DNA of 64,000 nucleotides from a virus: positions 1 through 64,000 of IMG/VR virus record IMGVR_UViG_3300023548_000002. The stretch is one strand, 5' to 3'. The notes beneath the pieces are model-generated. The model did not search any database. It worked only from the letters and a program-made list of their open reading frames with translations, and was not told where the DNA came from. Each line of letters starts with the position of its first letter. The first letter of the stretch is position 1. Of the stretch, positions 59,945-64,000 are shown piece after piece. The position numbers were made by a program, and so were the translations under genes.

Positions 59945-60440
59945 CGTAAATTTAACAGGAAAGCCAGGAGCGACTTTCACAAGATTGAGAAATAAAATGT
60001 TGGTGACTTTTCTTAAGAAAGCATTACCTGATAAAGATGTATATTTAGTAGGAAATATTAATAGTCCCATTATTGTAATAAAAACAGATGATGGGGGATT
60101 TTTCAGACCATTAGTATATGTTAAGAATTTCTACTTGTACTTTTTAAACAGTGATGATGCAGAAAAAGAATTATTTCAAATAAAACTTGAGAAAGTTCCA
60201 TCTGCTACAGAGCTTGAAGCATTTGTAATGCACTGTGAACAATATAGAGCATCTGTATATACAGTAGCATATCAAGTAGGAAATACCCTCTTCTATTTGG
60301 GGTGGGGGAATAGTAAGAAAGAACTTATATTAACTTCATCTATGCCTAAGTTCTTTTTTACCGAAAAATCAATGATAAAAGAGAAAGAAAGATATGAAGA
60401 GACTATTACAGAAACTGAAAACGTTGGTAGTGAAGAATAA
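59928..60440 (+). CDS. Hypothetical protein
   Basis: 170-aa ORF. Probable ATG at 59937. Confidence 0.6.
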   Translation: MRNMLNVNLTGKPGATFTRLRNKMLVTFLKKALPDKDVYLVGNINSPIIVIKTDDGGFFRPLVYVKNFYLYFLNSDDAEKELFQIKLEKVPSATELEAFVMHCEQYRASVYTVAYQVGNTLFYLGWGNSKKELILTSSMPKFFFTEKSMIKEKERYEETITETENVGSEE

Positions 60441-60732
60441 ATCTTCCTACACCTTGACAGTGAATTTCGTAAATGCTTTAAAAATTATACTTGGTACCCA
60501 CTTTAAAGAAGTAAAAGAGGTAGATGATTTTACTAAGGTAGCAATCTTTGATGATTTAGGGGATACGTATAAAGTATTTTATGACAAAGAATATAAGATA
60601 ACAAAAATACTTATCCCTGATAAAGTTGAAGATGTTCTTGTAAAATTAAATATTTACGAAGAGAAAGAAATAGCGGATTATTTACAATTATTAGAAGAAT
60701 CTTATGAACAATTCCAAAACATTGACATCTGA
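60394..60732 (+). CDS. Hypothetical protein
   Basis: 112-aa overlapping ORF. Confidence 0.55.
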   Translation: MKRLLQKLKTLVVKNKSSYTLTVNFVNALKIILGTHFKEVKEVDDFTKVAIFDDLGDTYKVFYDKEYKITKILIPDKVEDVLVKLNIYEEKEIADYLQLLEESYEQFQNIDI

Positions 60733-60967
60733 TACACTGGTATGCATTGCTGTAATATCCCTCTTTTTTACTTTCGGCTATACAGTTGGAAGATTAGAAC
60801 AAGAGAAAAATGATAATGATAAATTATCTAACATGAAGGATAGTCTTATGAAACTAAAAGAGCGTAACTTTTTCCTACAAAATACTGTTAATGAATACAT
60901 TAGAAATATGGTAAATCAACCAGAAATTAACTATGATGCCTTCGTTGAACCAGAACAGCTCAATTAA
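60704..60967 (+). CDS. Small membrane-anchored coiled-coil protein
   Basis: N-terminal TM followed by coiled-coil. Confidence 0.55.
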   Translation: MNNSKTLTSDTLVCIAVISLFFTFGYTVGRLEQEKNDNDKLSNMKDSLMKLKERNFFLQNTVNEYIRNMVNQPEINYDAFVEPEQLN

Positions 60968-61053
60968 TAGTAACTGCAAATGTATTTCTCCCCATATTGT
61001 ATTAGTGGATATTACAGAAAATGTGTATCTTTGTGTCAAATGTCACAACTTGT

Positions 61054-62850
61054 ATGATACAAAGAATAACTACACAGGAAGAAGCTCAGAAATTATTAAG
61101 AGACTTAAATTCTACTTCCTCTATTCAATTTGATATTGAAACGAATGGACTTAATCCTTATTTAAATGAGCTATTATTGTTTCAAATTGGAACAGATTCC
61201 GACCAATATCTTATAAATCCAGAACTTCTATCTTTATTTAGAGAATTATTAGAGAATAAAGAATTAATTATTCATAATGCTTTATTTGAATTACAGTTCC
61301 TATATGTAAGAAATATTTTTCCAAGTAAAGTATATGATACGATGTTAGCAGATAAAGTATTATATATGGGATTGGACTTAAAATTTTCATTACAATCAGT
61401 AGTAAAAAGGCATTTGAAAATAGAGATGGATAAGACTGCTCAGAAATCGTTTGTAGGATTTTCTGGGGAACTTACCCAATATCAATTAGAATATGCCGCT
61501 ATTGATGTAATGTATTTAAATAAAGTAAAAGAAGTTCAGGATAAGAAAATTGCTAAAAAAGATTTATCCAAGGCAGTGGAATTAGAGAATGAGTTTGTAA
61601 AATCTTTAGCTTATCTTTCTATTTGTGGAATGAAAGTAGATTCACAAAAATGGAGGGATAAAGTTGAAGAAGATACACAGAAATTAAAAAGGGTGGAAGC
61701 AGAAATACTCGATTTAGTAAGTAATACTTCAGAGTACTCTTTTATGCTTAATCCACAATATAATATTTTTCAAACTGCTGAATTAGGGATAAATTTGGAT
61801 AGCAATAAAGATATTATTTGGGTATGTAAGAAGTTAGGGATGGATGTTACCAATCCAGATGACCCAGAAAAAGAATCTGTTTCAGAAACAGTATTAACTC
61901 AATACAAAGATAATCCATTTATTAATCTACTATTAAAGTATAGAGAGCTTAAAAAATCAGTCTCTACTTACGGTATGGATTTTCTTACTCAGATAAATCC
62001 AATTACAGGTAGAATACACTCTCATTACACACAAATGGTAGCTTCTGGTAGAACTATTTCCAAACAGCCAAATCTCAATAATCTTCCATCAGATTACAGG
62101 ACACGGTCTTGCTTTATTGCTGAGCCAGGAAATGTTCTTATTAATGCAGATTACTCCGACCAAGAAGGAAGACTTTTTGCTAATTACAGTAAAGAAAAAA
62201 ACTTAATAGACTTCTACAATGGAGATTTTGCTGATGGACACTCTTATGTTGCTAAGCTTTGTTTTAAAAAAGAGTTGGAAGGAATACCTATGGAAGAAGT
62301 TAAAGCAAAAAGAAGTGATTTAAGAGCTATGGCTAAGACTGCGAGATTTGCTATTTATTACGGAGGAAATGGACATACTATTGCGAAGAATTTAAAAATA
62401 GATGTAAAGGTAGGAGAAGAGATATATGAAAAATATCTCAAAGCTTTTCCAGACTTAGCTGCTTATTTCGATAAGGTTAAGAACTATACAAAAGTAATGA
62501 GATATATTTTAGTATCTCCTATTACCAAAAGAAAAGTTTTTACTTTCGATTCTACACCCTCTTATGACTTTATTAAGAAGTCATTGAACTATCCAATTCA
62601 AGGAAGTGCAGCGGAGATGTCTAAGATAGCTCTTATACGCTTATTTAAGTTAATAAAAACTAATGGACATCTTGGTAAAGTAAAAATAATAGGGTTTATC
62701 TATGATGAAATAATAGTAGAAAGTCCAGAAGATTTGGCAGAGTATTACAAAGAAAAACTCAAGGAATGTATGGAAAGAGCAGCATTGTTGTTTTGTAAAT
62801 ACGTTCCAATTCCTGTAGAACCAGAAATAGCTACTTATTGGAAACATTAA
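61054..62850 (+). CDS. polA: Family A DNA polymerase with 3'-5' exonuclease
   Basis: FDIET and YAAIDV exonuclease motifs, SGR...PNL.NLP, ADYSDQEGR (A), RAMAKTARFAIYYG (B), NYPIQGSAA, IYDEI (C). Start taken at MIQRIT. Confidence 0.95.
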   Translation: MIQRITTQEEAQKLLRDLNSTSSIQFDIETNGLNPYLNELLLFQIGTDSDQYLINPELLSLFRELLENKELIIHNALFELQFLYVRNIFPSKVYDTMLADKVLYMGLDLKFSLQSVVKRHLKIEMDKTAQKSFVGFSGELTQYQLEYAAIDVMYLNKVKEVQDKKIAKKDLSKAVELENEFVKSLAYLSICGMKVDSQKWRDKVEEDTQKLKRVEAEILDLVSNTSEYSFMLNPQYNIFQTAELGINLDSNKDIIWVCKKLGMDVTNPDDPEKESVSETVLTQYKDNPFINLLLKYRELKKSVSTYGMDFLTQINPITGRIHSHYTQMVASGRTISKQPNLNNLPSDYRTRSCFIAEPGNVLINADYSDQEGRLFANYSKEKNLIDFYNGDFADGHSYVAKLCFKKELEGIPMEEVKAKRSDLRAMAKTARFAIYYGGNGHTIAKNLKIDVKVGEEIYEKYLKAFPDLAAYFDKVKNYTKVMRYILVSPITKRKVFTFDSTPSYDFIKKSLNYPIQGSAAEMSKIALIRLFKLIKTNGHLGKVKIIGFIYDEIIVESPEDLAEYYKEKLKECMERAALLFCKYVPIPVEPEIATYWKH

Positions 62851-63983
62851 AAGAAGAAACTATGGATAAATTAAGAGAACAAGCTCAATTAGAAGCATTT
62901 AATGCTTGGAGAAAAAATAACAGCTTCGGAACAATCGAAGGAGCAACAGGGTTTGGAAAGACCCGTATCGGTGTAATGGCAGCTTCATATTACGCTAAAA
63001 AGTATAATTACAACTTTTCTATTCTTATAGTAGTTCCAGATACTAATTTACGAGATAACGAGTGGAAAGCGGAGTTTGAAAAGTGGGGAGAGAAAGAAGT
63101 GTGGGATAAGTGTGTAGAGATAGAATGTATTCATACTGCTTGGAAGTGGGAAGGGAGACAATGGGATTTGGTAATAGCAGATGAAATCCACGATATGGTA
63201 CCATCTATAACACGAACAGATTACAAATATGGAACATTTTTCTATAAGAATAGATACCGAGGGTTACTTGGGTTAAGTGGTAGTATTTCCAAGGGAATAC
63301 GACTTAGACTAAAATACATTGCTCCCGTAGTCTATTCTCTTCATACTGAGGAAGCTAAAGATATGAATTTTGTATCAGATTTCATTATCTATACAGTAGG
63401 AGTATCTTTAACTCCCGAAGAAATGAAGGAATATAGAGCACTAAGTAGAAAAATCGAAGGAAACCCTAATAGAAGATGGTCTGATGTAACAAAACGAATA
63501 GAAATTCTTTATAGAGCTTCAAATAAACTTGAATTAACTAAAAAGATTATCCAGAATACATCTACCAGAGGATTACTTTTTAATATGCGTAATGAAGTTG
63601 CCGACTATTTAAGTGAAGGAAATCCAGATATAGCATCTTACCATTCTGGTTATACTAAAAAACAACGGGCAATTGTACTTAATAAATTTAAGCAGAATGA
63701 GTTACGAGTTCTTTCTACTACCAAAGCTTTGAATCAAGGAGCAAATTTAAGCAACTTGAAATGGGCAGTAATAGTAGCAGGAACAAGTAAAGAGAAAGAT
63801 GCTATACAGAGATTAGGGCGTATCATACGAAAGGAAGATAATAAAAAAGCAATACTTATACGCCTCTATTGTAAGGATACGGTAGAACAGTTCCACCTTG
63901 AGAAAAGTCTCCTAAGATTTAAGTCTGTAGCGAAATTAACAGAAGAGGAACTATTAAAACAAATAAAAGATGATAACCTCTGA
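62838..63983 (+). CDS. Superfamily 2 helicase
   Basis: ATGFGKT, IADEIH, LGLSG and IQRLGRIIR motifs. Confidence 0.9.
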   Translation: METLKEETMDKLREQAQLEAFNAWRKNNSFGTIEGATGFGKTRIGVMAASYYAKKYNYNFSILIVVPDTNLRDNEWKAEFEKWGEKEVWDKCVEIECIHTAWKWEGRQWDLVIADEIHDMVPSITRTDYKYGTFFYKNRYRGLLGLSGSISKGIRLRLKYIAPVVYSLHTEEAKDMNFVSDFIIYTVGVSLTPEEMKEYRALSRKIEGNPNRRWSDVTKRIEILYRASNKLELTKKIIQNTSTRGLLFNMRNEVADYLSEGNPDIASYHSGYTKKQRAIVLNKFKQNELRVLSTTKALNQGANLSNLKWAVIVAGTSKEKDAIQRLGRIIRKEDNKKAILIRLYCKDTVEQFHLEKSLLRFKSVAKLTEEELLKQIKDDNL

Positions 63984-64000
63984 AATTTTCGAGAAGTATA

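Noticed and set aside
60933-61133. 66-aa Cys-containing ORF overlapping the polA start
   Set aside because: It overlaps both neighbours. Its CKC..PH...C..C pattern echoes ORF 58727 and could be real or a relic, but support is insufficient.

Overview
AT-rich 64-kb segment of a crAss-like (Crassvirales) phage, probably infecting a Bacteroidota host, read in the standard genetic code. Bases 1-45.8 kb (minus strand) hold the virion module. It includes a 5'-partial view of the large virion RNA polymerase, cargo proteins, muzzle and ring proteins, a lysis block with a patatin, tail fibre genes, capsid proteins, portal, terminase and a GroES/GroEL pair. After a divergent non-coding region at about 45.85-46.5 kb, the plus strand carries a variable early region, then a family A DNA polymerase and an SF2 helicase. 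Four things stand out. (1) Six paralogous genes are built from 46 copies of a 23-aa Trp repeat with two hypervariable dipeptides, and show direct evidence of repeat shuffling. (2) An array of small ORFs at 50.4-52.0 kb has boundaries resembling integron attC cassette junctions. (3) A roughly 325-nt candidate structured RNA lies downstream of a host-type promoter. (4) There is a tRNA-like minihelix lacking an anticodon arm. Structural gene names rest on motifs and crAss-like synteny recalled from knowledge, not on database searches.
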